Below the pieces are notes generated by a model. That model ran no database searches. It saw only the letters and a program-made list of their open reading frames with translations, and was not told where the DNA came from. A DNA stretch of 64,000 bases from contig OZ024742.1 of the NCBI GenBank assembly GCA_964016885.1, positions 368,652,001-368,716,000 on the forward strand. The letters run 5' to 3'. Source of the DNA: Eledone cirrhosa (lineage: Eukaryota). Shown here one piece after another: positions 13,326-24,518 of the stretch (its first letter is position 1; each line of letters starts with the position of its first letter). A program made the translations under genes and the position numbers.

Positions 13326-15116
13326 CTGGGTTGTGGTGGTGTTTATCTGGGGTGGGTTGTAGTGGTGTTTACCTGTGGTGGGTTGTGGTGGTGTTTATCT
13401 GGGGTGGGTTGTGGTGGTGTTTATCTGGGGTGGGTTGTAGTGGTGTTTACCTGTGGTGGGTTGTGGTGGTGTTTATCTGGGGTGGGTTGTGGTGGTGTTT
13501 ACCTGTGGTGGGTTGTGGTGGTGTTTACCTGGGGTGGGTTGTGGTGGTGTTTACCTGAGGAGGGTTGTGGTGGTGTTTACCTGAGGTGGGTTGTGGTGGT
13601 GTTTACCTGAGGAGGTTTGTGGTGGTGTTTACCTGTGGTGGGTTGTGGTGGTGTTTACCTGAGGTGGGTTGTGGTGGTGTTTACCTGAGGAGGGTTGTGG
13701 TGGTGTTTACCTGAGGAGGGTTGTGGTGGTGTTTACCTGAGGAGGGTTGTGGTGGTGTTTACCTGGGGTGGGTTGTGGTGGTGTTTACCTGGGGTGGGTT
13801 GTGGTGGTCTTTACCTGAGGAGGGTTGTGGTGGTGTTTACCTGAGGAGGGTTGTGGTGGTGTTTACCTGAGGAGGGTTGTGGTGGTGTTTACCTGGGGTG
13901 GGTTGTGGTGGTGTTTACCTGGGGTGGGTTGTGGTGGTGTTTACCTGAGGAGGGTTGTGGTGGTGTTTACCTGGGGTGGGTTGTGGTGGTGTTTACCTGG
14001 GGTGGGTTGTGGTGGTGTTTACCTGAGGTGGGTTGTGGTGGTGTTTACCTGAGGTGGGTTGTGGTGGTCTTTACCTGGGGTGGGTTGTGGTGGTGTTTAC
14101 TTGGTGTGGGTTGTGGTGGTGTTTACCTGGAGTGGGTTGTGGTGGTGTTTACCTGAGGTGGGTTGTGGTAGTCTTTACTTGGGGTGGGTTGTGGTGGTGT
14201 TTACCTGGAGTGGGTTGTGGTGGTGTTTACCTGGGGTGGGTTGTGGTGGTGTTTACTTGGTGTGGGTTGTGGTGGTGTTTACCTGGGGTGGGTTGTGTTG
14301 GTGTTTACCTGAGGAGGGTTGTGGTGGTGTTTACCTGGGGTGGGTTGTGTTGGTGTTTACCTGAGGTGGGTTGTGGTGGTCTTTACCTGGGGTGGGTTGT
14401 GGTGGTGTTTACTTGGTGTGGGTTGTGGTGGTGTTTACCTGGAGTGGGTTGTGGTGGTGTTTACCTGAGGTGGGTTGTGGTGGTCTTTACCTGGGGTGGG
14501 TTGTGGTGGTGTTTACCTGGGGTGGGTTGTGGTGGTGTTTACCTGGGGTGGGTTGAGTTGGTGTTTACTTGGGGTGGGTTGTGGTGGTGTTTACCTGGGG
14601 TGGGTTGTGGTGGTGTTTACCTGGGGTGGGTTGTGGTGGTGTTTACTTGGTGTGGGTTGTGGTGGTGTTTACCTGGGGTGGGTTGTGGTGGTGTTTACCT
14701 GGGGTGGGTTGTGGTGGTGTTTACTTGGTGTGGGTTGTGGTGGTGTTTACCTGGAGTGGGTTGTGGTGGTGTTTACCTGAGGTGGGTTGTGGTAGTCTTT
14801 ACTTGGGGTGGGTTGTGGTGGTGTTTACCTGGAGTGGGTTGTGGTGGTGTTTACCTGGGGTGGGTTGTGGTGGTGTTTACTTGGTGTGGGTTGTGGTGGT
14901 GTTTACCTGGGGTGGGTTGTGTTGGTGTTTACCTGAGGAGGGTTGTGGTGGTGTTTACCTGGGGTGGGTTGTGTTGGTGTTTACCTGAGGTGGGTTGTGG
15001 TGGTGTTTACTTGGTGTGGGTTGTGGTGGTGTTTACCTGGGGTGGGTTGTGTTGGTGTTTACCTGAGGAGGGTTGTGGTGGTGTTTACCTGGGGTGGGTT
15101 GTGGGTTGTGGTGGTG
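13326..15116. repeat. 26-bp G-rich minisatellite, ~69 copies (GGGTTGTGGTGGTGTTTACCTGGGGT)
   Basis: Direct 26-bp periodicity with variants CTGAGG/CTGGGG/TTGGTG. Confidence 0.96.
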
Positions 15117-15117
15117 T

Positions 15118-15648
15118 ATGATAGTGCAATCCAAGTATAGCTACTTTATGATAGTGCAATCCAAGTATATGTACTTTATGATAGTGCAATCCAAGTATAG
15201 CTACTTTATGATAGTGCAATCCAAGTATAGCTACTTTATGATAGTGCAATCCAAGTATAGCTACTTTATGATAGTGCAATCCAAGTATAGCTACTTTATG
15301 ATAGTGCAATCCAAGTATAGCTACTTTATGATAGTGCAATCCAAGTATAGCTACTTTATGATAGTGCAATCCAAGTATATGTACTTTATGATAGTGCAAT
15401 CCAAGTATAGCTACTTTATGATAGTGCAATCCAAGTATAGCTACTTTATGATAGTGCAATCCAAGTATAGCTACTTTATGATAGTGCAATCCAAGTATAT
15501 GTACTTTATGATAGTGCAATCCAAGTATAGCTACTTTATGATAGTGCAATCCAAGTATAGCTACTTTATGATAGTGCAATCCAAGTATATGTACTTTATG
15601 ATAGTGCAATCCAAGTATATGTACTTTATGATAGTGCAATCCAAGTAT
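15118..15648. repeat. 30-bp minisatellite, ~17.7 copies (ATGATAGTGCAATCCAAGTATAGCTACTTT)
   Basis: Exact 30-bp period with two variants (AGC/ATG); abuts the 26-bp array. Confidence 0.98.
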
Positions 15649-15970
15649 TGCATATGTTATAGCGTTGAGCTCTTGCTTTCACAGCCAACCCAATTTGGTG
15701 GAGCCAGTGCCTCAATGGGGTTACATGGGAGGGAGTTTGGCTAGTAGAGGAGATAAAGATAACCTAGTTGAGCCATTTTGTAGATCAGCAGAAGGTCTCC
15801 CCACTGCCCAGTTAATTTCTATCTACCAATGACAACTCCTGGCAACAAGAGACAGGATTTAACTCCAAATATACAGAACCTTGCCAGATACTGCTAAACA
15901 TTCTACCGAGTCCCCCTCATCAACCACAAAAGGACCAGCTAGTACTGAAGTAGACAATCAGTAGACTAAC

Positions 15971-16112
15971 CTTGCATATCAAACAATGAAGCTGCTTTAG
16001 TGGTGCTGGCTGTTGGTTCCCGCATAATTGGTTTCAAAAAATTCTTGTAGCCTTTCATTAAGCAAGCCATAAAACGTAGAAAGGCCTCTTGTATCTGAAG
16101 TTCTATCATTGT
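15971..16112 (-). CDS. DENND4: DENND4 exon, dDENN start ([47 protein letters not shown])
   Basis: TAG acceptor, GTTAGT donor; 142 nt, phase 0 to 1; [14 protein letters not shown] motif. Confidence 0.93.
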
Positions 16113-16564
16113 CTAAAAGAGAGAATACCAAATACAAGCAACATCACAACATATAGTTTAGATATTTCACAGTCACCCTTTACCAAACCACCTCTTCATC
16201 GTGTCACATGACATATTGACAATAGCTAGAGAGACAGGCCAAATATATGGAGAGGGTGAGTCTAGGAAGGGGGACGGAGGAAAGGTTTCCTCAAACCAGA
16301 GAGGTGAGCAAAATGTTTTTCAAAAGAATGGTCTCTGCAAATGTTCACCTCACATCAATGTCAAACTTTAGAAATAACAAACATTTTTTTATATGGTCTG
16401 CTAAATTCTTATAGAACGTTAAGAATTAATTCTATATAAAGATTTAACCCTTAATTGATTTTTTGAGGATTTATTATAATTATTAATTATTTCATTACTA
16501 AGTAACATAACATACGTTTTTTTATATAAATTATTTTGGAAGATAATTTAAATCGGAACCATCA

Positions 16565-16876
16565 AACCCTTTTGATACCAATTTTTACTTAGCTGTAAAA
16601 ATGAGTTGCAACGTCAGTGGTGCCAAGCTGTATCAGCCATTGCCTGTCGCTTGGACAACATCAGTGGCATGGCATGGAGAGGGGAGACTAGTATGCATGG
16701 GCAACTGCTGGTCTTTCATAAACAACCTTGCCCAGACTTATACCTTGGAGGGGAACTTTCTAGGTACAAATCCCATGGTCATTTGTGACTGAAAGGGGTG
16801 TTTTATGGTAAAGAAATAGTTAAAATATGTGGTTTGGGTTTTATGAAACTGGCTGGTTTGGTATCAAAGAGGTTAA
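16565..16876. mobile_element. MITE-like element (family B, CCCTTTTGATACCAA termini) containing an interspersed repeat also found inverted at 22555-22674
   Basis: AACCCTTTTGATACCAA ... TTGGTATCAAAGAGGTTAA; similar termini at 12693, 24910 and 34460. Confidence 0.55.
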
Positions 16877-16961
16877 TTCCTTACATAACTTTAATAGTAA
16901 ATTGACAAAATAATATATGTCTGCAGGTGAAAGTGGTTTCTTTAAAAACCAAAATTCTTAC

Positions 16962-17102
16962 TTCTTTTTGTTTAAGTTTGAAATCATAATCAATTGGCGC
17001 CAGCTCAAGAGAGACTTCATCAGGTGTTGGTGTGGAGGATGTGTGTGCCGACAACTGGTTGAATATTTTATGGAGTGTATCCTGAAGAATACGAGCAGGT
17101 TT
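16962..17102 (-). CDS. DENND4: DENND4 exon, cDENN-dDENN linker (KPARILQDTLHKIFNQLSAHTSSTPTPDEVSLELAPIDYDFKLKQKE)
   Basis: TAG acceptor after a T-tract, GTAAGA donor; 141 nt, phase 0 to 0. Confidence 0.88.
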
Positions 17103-17424
17103 CTACAAGAAAAAAATTCCATGGAATGTATAAAATACTTGCTTGATAGTAATTCAATATCAGACGCCAATTCTCGCTCTCCCACACACACTCTATTTCT
17201 CTCTCTCTCTCATTATAAAACAAACAACTTCTAGTTTCCAACAGAATGTATGATGTATTACTGAGACAGTATTTTCAGATCTCCTTCAGAAAATTACAAA
17301 TAAATTGTTCCTGAATTTATGTAAAAATGTTTATATATATATATAAGTATGTATACGTACATACATATATGTATACAAACGTACAGTAGTATGTATATAT
17401 ATATATATACATACATGCACACAT

Positions 17425-19130
17425 GTCATGAAAGTAACAGAAAGAGTTATAGCACAGCTGATTAGGGACCGGGTGAATATAGACGAGATGCAATTTGGGT
17501 TTGTACCAGGGAAAGGCACCACTGATGCCCTCTTCCTTGTGAGGCAATTACAGGAAAAGTACCTAGCTAAAAGTAAGCCACTCTACTTGGCATTTGTCGA
17601 CCTTGAGAAAGCCTTTGACAGAGTTCCACGTGCAGTAATCTGGTGGGCTCTTAGAAAACTAGGAGTAGATGAATGGCTTGTGAAAGCGGTACAAGCCATG
17701 TATAGGGGAGCAGTCAGCAAAGTTAGGATTGGCAATGAGTATAGCGAGGAATTTAGCGTACAGGTTGGGGTCCACCAGGGCTCTGTTCTTAGCCCTCTCC
17801 TGTTCATCATAGTCCTGCAGGCAATAACGGAGGAGTTTAAGACCGGATGCCCATGGGAACTCCTGTATGCTGATGACCTCGCACTCATAGCTGAATCTAT
17901 GGTAGAACTAGAGAATAAATTCCAAACCTGGAAGCAGGGACTAGAGAGAAAGGGCCTCAAAGTCAACATGACAAAGACTAAGGTCCTTATAAGTAGACGA
18001 GAAAACAGAACCCAGATCCCCTCAGGGAAATGGCCTTGCTCAGTATGTAGGAAAGGTGTAGGTAGGAACTCCATTCTCTGCCCCAAATGCAAACAATGGG
18101 TACACAAGAGATGTAGCGGGATCTCAGGAAGCTTAATTAAGAATGTAGGATTCACATGCAGCAGCTGTGCTGAAACAGCAAGCAAACAGCCACAGGAAAC
18201 AAGTACCACCAATCTCTGGGAGGGCCCTGTAGAAACAGTAGACAGCTTCTGCTACCTAGGTGACCGAATTAGCAACGGAGGTGGGTGCTCAGAAAGTACA
18301 ATAACTAGGGTAAGAACGGGATGGAAGAAGTTTAGGGAACTACTACCACTGCTAGCTGCAAAAGGCTTCTCCCTCAGAATGAAAGGCAGACTGTATGATG
18401 CGTGTATCCGAACAGCGATGTTGCATGGTAGTGAGACCTGGGCGCTGAAGGTGGAAGACTTACGTAGATTAGAGAGAAACGAAGCCTGCATGCTCCGATG
18501 GATGTGTAACAGTAATATACGTGAACGACAAAGCATAAAGGAATTGAGAGAGAGACTGAGCATAAGAGGAATCAAATGCTGCGTGCAGGAGAGGCGGTTA
18601 CGCTGGTATAGACATGTGATGCGTATGAAGGATGACAGCTGCATAAAAAGGTGCAGAGCACTAGAAGTTGATGGAAACCGCGGAGTGGGGAGACCCAAGA
18701 TGACTTGGGATGAGATGATAAAAGCCGACCTTACCCAACTACACCTCTCAAAGTCAATGACACACGACCGTGACTTCTGGCGTCACGCAGTAATACAGGG
18801 TACCCGACCTCCCATGGGTACATGCTGAAGCATATAAACAATATGCCTCCCCCCCCCCCCCCACCGCAAGGTGGTCGTGGAGGTGCCACGGCAAAAAAGC
18901 ACCCAGCCCACACTGTAAAGTGGACGTGTAGGCGCCACGAAAAAGCACCCAGCACTCACTGTAAATGAGGTTGGTGTTAGGAAGGGCATCCAGCTGTAGA
19001 AATCAAGCCAGATCAGTTCCTGTATTAGCAAGGCATGGTCAGCCGACCAGACACTGCCCACAACAGGACAACCCGTCTAACCCATGCTAGCGTGGAAGAA
19101 CGGACGTAAAACGGTGATGATGATGATGAT
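17425..19130 (+). mobile_element. 5'-truncated RTE-clade LINE with 3'UTR and (GAT)n tail
   Basis: Uninterrupted RT ORF, 3'UTR with poly-C and GATGATGAT end; interrupts a sequence seen intact at 19479-19620. Confidence 0.95.
17428..18828 (+). CDS. RTE LINE reverse transcriptase, C-terminal part (no endonuclease domain), with a PHD-like Cys/His finger
   Basis: QFGF, FVDLEKAFDRV, GVHQGSVLSPLLF, YADD, FCYLG, RRLRWY.HV.R and GRP..TW motifs. Confidence 0.93.
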   Translation: MKVTERVIAQLIRDRVNIDEMQFGFVPGKGTTDALFLVRQLQEKYLAKSKPLYLAFVDLEKAFDRVPRAVIWWALRKLGVDEWLVKAVQAMYRGAVSKVRIGNEYSEEFSVQVGVHQGSVLSPLLFIIVLQAITEEFKTGCPWELLYADDLALIAESMVELENKFQTWKQGLERKGLKVNMTKTKVLISRRENRTQIPSGKWPCSVCRKGVGRNSILCPKCKQWVHKRCSGISGSLIKNVGFTCSSCAETASKQPQETSTTNLWEGPVETVDSFCYLGDRISNGGGCSESTITRVRTGWKKFRELLPLLAAKGFSLRMKGRLYDACIRTAMLHGSETWALKVEDLRRLERNEACMLRWMCNSNIRERQSIKELRERLSIRGIKCCVQERRLRWYRHVMRMKDDSCIKRCRALEVDGNRGVGRPKMTWDEMIKADLTQLHLSKSMTHDRDFWRHAVIQGTRPPMGTC

Positions 19131-19190
19131 ATACATGTACGTATGGATTCACCGAACATTTATTATAATGCTCGCTATGTTTGTAAAAAA

Positions 19191-19899
19191 ACATCCCGAA
19201 TTAAGCCGTACAGTGTCTAGCAACCATCGTTGCTCATTTGTTCAATACTGACAAAGGAACGCTGTACTAGTTTCAAGCTTATTAGCTATCGTCAGCAACG
19301 TATACCTTCCTGCCAGATGATTGAACGTCTGAAAGTATATACTTTCCTTATGCATATTAACGGCTGGGCAGCCTAATTTGCATATCGAGTGAGTTAATCG
19401 GCTGGGGCACCGAAAACGATAAACGGAAAAAATGAAACGAAATTTCAATTCTCACTCTTAGTACGGCTGTTACTTAAATATAAGTATGTATACGTACATA
19501 CATATATGTATACAGACGTACAGTAGTATGTATATATAGATATATACATACATGCACACATATATACATGTACGTATGGATTCACCGAACATTTATTATA
19601 ATGCTCGGTGTGTTTGTAAACATCGTTACTAAGAGTGAGAAATGAAATTTCGTTTCATTTTTTCCGTTTATCATTTTCGGTGCCCCAGCCCATTAACTCA
19701 CTCGATATGCAAATTAGGCTGCCCAGCCGTTAATATGCATAAGGAAAGTATATACTTTCAGACGTTCAATCATCTGGCAGGAAGGTATACGTTGCTGACG
19801 ATAGCTAATAAGCTTGAAACTAGTACAGCGTTCCTTTGTCAGTATTGAACAAACAAGCAACGATGGTTGCTAGACACTGTACGGCTTAATTCGGGATGT
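19191..19899. repeat. Long inverted repeat: 273-bp arms (19191-19463 and 19627-19899), 163-bp spacer
   Basis: Arms are reverse complements with only a few mismatches; the ORF track shows near-identical 68-aa ORFs on opposite strands. Confidence 0.95.
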
Positions 19900-19982
19900 A
19901 TATATATATATATATAATCATCATCTTCATCATTTAACATCTATCTTCCACACTAGCATGGGTTAGACAAGAATTGTCCCAC

Positions 19983-20104
19983 TTGAGGCAAGATTGGTCG
20001 GGTGACCATGTCTCACTCGTATAGGACTATCTGGCATATATATATATATATGACAGATAGTCCTATACGAGCGAGACATGGTCACCCGACCAATCTTTTC
20101 TCAA
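19983..20104. repeat. Palindromic duplication with ~55-bp arms centred on (TA)n
   Basis: AAGATTGGTCGGGTGACCATGTCTC.CTCGTATAGGACTATCTG / CAGATAGTCCTATACGAG.GAGACATGGTCACCCGACCAATCTT. Confidence 0.9.
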
Positions 20105-20834
20105 CCTGATTAGTGCTATCGTTGCTCTGGTATACATATTGTGTGTTAGTTTAGCCTACCACAATGTTCGATTTGTCAAGCTTTTTAAACGTATGTTATG
20201 ACTCTGAGACCTGCCTTATCGAGTGCTTTGCTAACTCCTCATTTCATATAAGTAGGCCGAATTCACTTGCAAACCGCCAGAGATTCGATTTTACTGATTT
20301 CCAATTATATTATTCTCCTAGATTTAATAGTTAACTAATTAATTTAATTAGACAATTTCGTTGATTGGTTAATTATTAATGTTTGTTTTATAACATCTAG
20401 TCGAGAGCTTATCATGATGTTTAGCGGGAATTTTAAATATTTCCTTTTTCGCTAACTTTTTGAATAACCATGCTGGTGACATGATAAAAAAGCACCGAGT
20501 CCACACAGCAATCCAAAATACAGATCCATATGAACAAGTCATGATCACTTGACCTGATTTGTCACATAACTTGACAACCCATCAAACCCATGCAAGGAGG
20601 GAAAATAGATGTTATGATGAGGATGATGATGATATGTATATATACATGATGATGATGGATCCTGTCAATTTAGATGATGAGCATGCAGTCATTGGATTAA
20701 CTAAATGCCTACCTCATGAATTAATGTGCAAATGGTTGAGTATTCCACAGACTTAAAATATTTCTCAAAGAGAATATGGAAAAGTGGACATAAAAATGAT
20801 GATGATGATAATGAAAAACTGGCATGACGATAGA

Positions 20835-21005
20835 AAGACAAGGCTGGGCCATTGAATTGCAGCTAGAATCCTTCTGGCAGGCTTCTGTGCAGTTTCTGTC
20901 ATCTCAATTTCACTAAGCTTCAGTTGGGTAGAGACTATGGTAAAAAGACTTGCTCAAGATGCCATACAATGCCATTGAATCAAGGAACTCAGAGGTCAGT
21001 TACAT
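20835..21005 (-). mobile_element. Degenerate tRNA-SINE
   Basis: GACTTGCTCAAGATGCCAT...TTGAATC aligns with the reverse complement of the SINE at 12085-12162. Confidence 0.55.
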
Positions 21006-21537
21006 CTAGAGGTGTCGAAATATCAACTGTGGTCAAATAGAACTGTGGTCTAACATCTAGAGATGTCAAAATATAGAACTGTGGTCAGTAACATCTAGGT
21101 CAAAATATAGAACTGGTCAGTAACATCTAAAGATGACATCTAAAGATGTCAAAATATAGAACTGTGGTCAGTAACATCTAGATCAAAATATAGAACTGTG
21201 GTCAGTTACATCTAAATATGTCAAAATATAGAACTGTGGTCAGTAACATCTAGGTCAAAATATAGAACTGTGGTCAGTAACATCTAGGTCAAAATATAGA
21301 ACTGTGGTCAGTTACATCTAGGTCAAAATATAGAACTGTGGTCAGTAAGATCAAGTAGATATGTCAAAATGGTACTCTGGTCAGTAACATCTAGAGATGT
21401 CAAAATATAGAACTGTGGTCAGTTACATCTAGAGATGTCAAAATATAGAACTGTGGTCAGTTACATCTAGAGATGTCAAAATATAGAACTGTGGTCAGTA
21501 ACATCTAGTGGTGTCAAAATGTCGGTACTCTGGTCAT
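20995..21537. repeat. Degenerate 31-39-bp minisatellite (GTCAAAATATAGAACTGTGGTCAGTAACATCTAG[AGAT])
   Basis: About 14 imperfect tandem units. Confidence 0.9.
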
Positions 21538-21610
21538 TTATCAATAAACATGGAGCTGTTTTATCTGGTGTTAGAAAAATAAGGAAAATGAAGTAAATTA
21601 ATGTAAGTAC

Positions 21611-21650
21611 CTTCGGCAGTAATTTGGAAGTTATAACTTTTTTATCATCA
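21611..21650 (-). CDS. DENND4: DENND4 40-nt exon (FDDKKVITSKLLPK)
   Basis: TTTCAG acceptor, GTACTT donor; phase 2 to 0 links both neighbouring exons and gives the LPKKP motif. Confidence 0.85.
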
Positions 21651-21982
21651 CTGAAATAAAAATAAAAACATATTTTAATGAGAACTTAGGAAATTGAAAT
21701 ATTTTACATTTCATGGCTTTGTTTGTTTGTTTGTTTGTTTTTGGTTTGTTTGTTTGTTTGTTTGTTTTTGTTTTTTTGCTTTCTTTTATATTTCTTCATT
21801 TTAAATCACAAAATTTACATAAAACAATATTAGTCATGAATTAAAATTTAGCTTCAACATAGCTGTATACATATATGTGAATGTATATCTAAAGGTGTGT
21901 GTGTGTGACAGCTCACACCTATGCAGGTTTAGCTGGCCTCCTCCAAGGTATATCTCGTTGGAGGTGTCTTGGGTGATTTAAT

Positions 21983-22146
21983 GATAGGGACCCCAGTCTT
22001 ATCTCATTTCTACAGCTGAGTAAACTGGAGCAACGTGAAATAAAGTGCCTTGCTCAAGGAAACAACACATCACCCAGTCCTAGAATTGAACTCACAATTT
22101 TTTTATTGCAAGCCCAATGCTCTAACCACTAAGCCATGCGCCTTCA
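21983..22146 (-). mobile_element. tRNA-derived SINE (same family as 32722)
   Basis: Reverse complement reads TGAAGGCGCATGGCTTAGTGGTTAGAGCATTGGGCTTGCAAT...GTGAGTTCAATTC. Confidence 0.85.
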
Positions 22147-22313
22147 CTAAAGATGTACAGTATGTTTAATAAATAAACATTTTGAATATTGAAAGGCTGA
22201 CAGGTCTAACAGATTCCAGCAGAAGCAAGATTTTAAAAGAAATAATACAAATTCCAAATAAATTATTTATAAAAACATGGTTATAATGTAATATATATTG
22301 CAGTAATACTTAC

Positions 22314-22395
22314 AACCAGATTGTATTGGTGTCCAGATCCACACAAACTACATCAGGTGGAGGAGAATATAGATCAAAATACCTGGAATCAATAC
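22314..22395 (-). CDS. DENND4: DENND4 exon, cDENN ([27 protein letters not shown])
   Basis: TAG acceptor, GTAAGT donor; 82 nt, phase 1 to 2; [19 protein letters not shown] motif. Confidence 0.95.
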
Positions 22396-23604
22396 CTAGG
22401 TTATATGGAAATAAAATACAGATGTAACAGTATCAAGTCTAAATATACACACTATTCTATATATACATATATACATACATACATACATATATACATACCC
22501 ATGCTAGCGTGGAAAATGGACGTTAAACGATGATGATGATACATACATTTAAAGGAGTCACAAATGACCATGGGATTTGTACCTAGAAAGTTCCCCTCAG
22601 AGGCACAAGTCTGAACAAGGTTGTTTGTGGAAGACCAGCAGTCACCCATGTATACCAGTCTCCTCCTCTCCACGCCAATACATATATATATATATTATAC
22701 ATACATATATATATTATACATACATATATACATACATACATAATGGCTGCAAACTCTGGTAAGAGTATTGCAATTGCTTGTCAAATTATAGAGTTTGGTA
22801 CACTTTTAGGCTACGGCCAGCCACACAAACCTGTAACATATCCTGAACAAGCAATGCCTGTGCTTTGAAGGTTTTTTTAAGTGGGAAAAGGCCTTGCACT
22901 CAACCAATCGCACACCCTGAGCATTGAAAACACTACCCGAAAAAGAGAACTGGTCAACATCATCGTATGCTTTTCCGAAGCCGCAGGTTTTTTTTTTCAG
23001 AGTTTCTCTCTCCTAGAAAGGTGTTTGACAACAACTGGAGGCCTTTCACTTCCGGATGGGGGGAAAAATGTACTATTTGGATGGCCATTGACTCTGTTGA
23101 GTTCATCCACCCTTCGCTGGGTGTTGTATTTCATCCTGCAGGGTGTCCAAATACCACTCTCCTCACCAAGTAAACTTGGTGGGGTCGCTGGCTTAGTCAC
23201 CAGCGACCCCACCCTCAGACAGGCTGTACTGGGTTACATGTTACCAGTAGCACTTGAGCAACCTGATACATACATATATGCATTCATGCCAAAATATGGA
23301 ATAAACAAGTCGTGGTCATCTGATCTGACATGTCTCACAACGGGACAACTTGACTAACCCATGCTAACATGGAAAAATGGACATTAAATTGTATGATGAT
23401 GATGATACATACCAAAATATGGAACAAGTGAGACATGATTCCCAGATTTAGGACGGCAATAAATCTAGATAAGGATTTTACTGAGATCCTGATGAACCAA
23501 CCTCTGCCAACATGGAAAGTGGATGTAAAATTGCTACAGCAGAAGGTATCCTGCCGTAGAATATGGTTGAAAATGTCTTGTCAAAACCATGGTAACGCTG
23601 ATAT

Positions 23605-23641
<37 letters not shown>

Positions 23642-23771
23642 TTTGTATTTCATCTTACCTCACATTCCATCAAATGTATCCAAAAACTCATTTAAAAAAC
23701 TTTCAAATTAAAATGAAATGTTTCATAAGACTTTGCAAGTTTTTTTTTTTTAACCACAATACATTGAACTA

Positions 23772-24126
23772 CAGGAGACTGACTACAGCTAGAAATAACA
23801 GCTAATAACAGCTTATCTTCCTTCAGGAGACTGACTACAGCTAGAAATAACAGCTAATAACAGCTTATCTTCCTTCAGGAGACTGACTACAGCTAGAAAT
23901 AACAGCTAATAACAGCTTATCTTCCTTCAGGAGACTGACTACAGCTAGAAATAACAGCTAATAACAGCTTATCTTCCTTCAGGAGACTGACTACAGCTAG
24001 AAATAACAGCTAATAACAGCTTATCTTCCTTCAGGAGACTGACTACAGCTAGAAATAACAGCTAATAACAGCTAATAACACCTTATCTTCCTTCAGGAGA
24101 CTGACTACAGCTAGAAATAACAGCTA
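23772..24126. repeat. 52-bp minisatellite, ~6.7 copies (CAGGAGACTGACTACAGCTAGAAATAACAGCTAATAACAGCTTATCTTCCTT)
   Basis: Period 52 (23772, 23824); internal AATAACAGCT subrepeat. Confidence 0.95.
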
Positions 24127-24173
24127 AATTGAAATCAGAATTGAATAAAAAGAAAGTAGAAAAAGAGACTCAC

Positions 24174-24267
24174 CAACAATAAATGGACAGGGCGCACTTA
24201 GTACTCCGGACAATCCTAGGGGACACAATGGGATGTAAGGACATTGCCAGTGGAGAGGAAATATCAT
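24174..24267 (-). CDS. DENND4: DENND4 exon, cDENN ([31 protein letters not shown])
   Basis: TAG acceptor, GTGAGT donor; 94 nt, phase 0 to 1; [12 protein letters not shown] motif. Confidence 0.96.
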
Positions 24268-24473
24268 CTACAATAACATCAACATTATTTCAATTAATGG
24301 AGAATTTTGAGGGATTTACTGCAATTATTATTAATACTAACTTAACATATGGTTCTGATATAATATTTGATATACTGCCTACTGTATTTATATTTAGTGT
24401 GCAGAAGGCCTCCCTGAGCTATTTTTTCTTCAGCCATATTGTCAAACCTACATTCATTTTCTATTTTGTGTGT

Positions 24474-24518
<45 letters not shown>

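Noticed and set aside
13284-15744. W/C/G/V-rich and MIVQSKYSYF ORFs
   Set aside because: Translations of the 26-bp and 30-bp minisatellites inside a DENND4 intron
17583-18698. Antisense ORFs of 209 and 148 aa
   Set aside because: Shadow frames of the RTE RT ORF
19242-19848. Twin 68-aa ORFs on opposite strands
   Set aside because: A by-product of the inverted repeat; no recognisable protein motif
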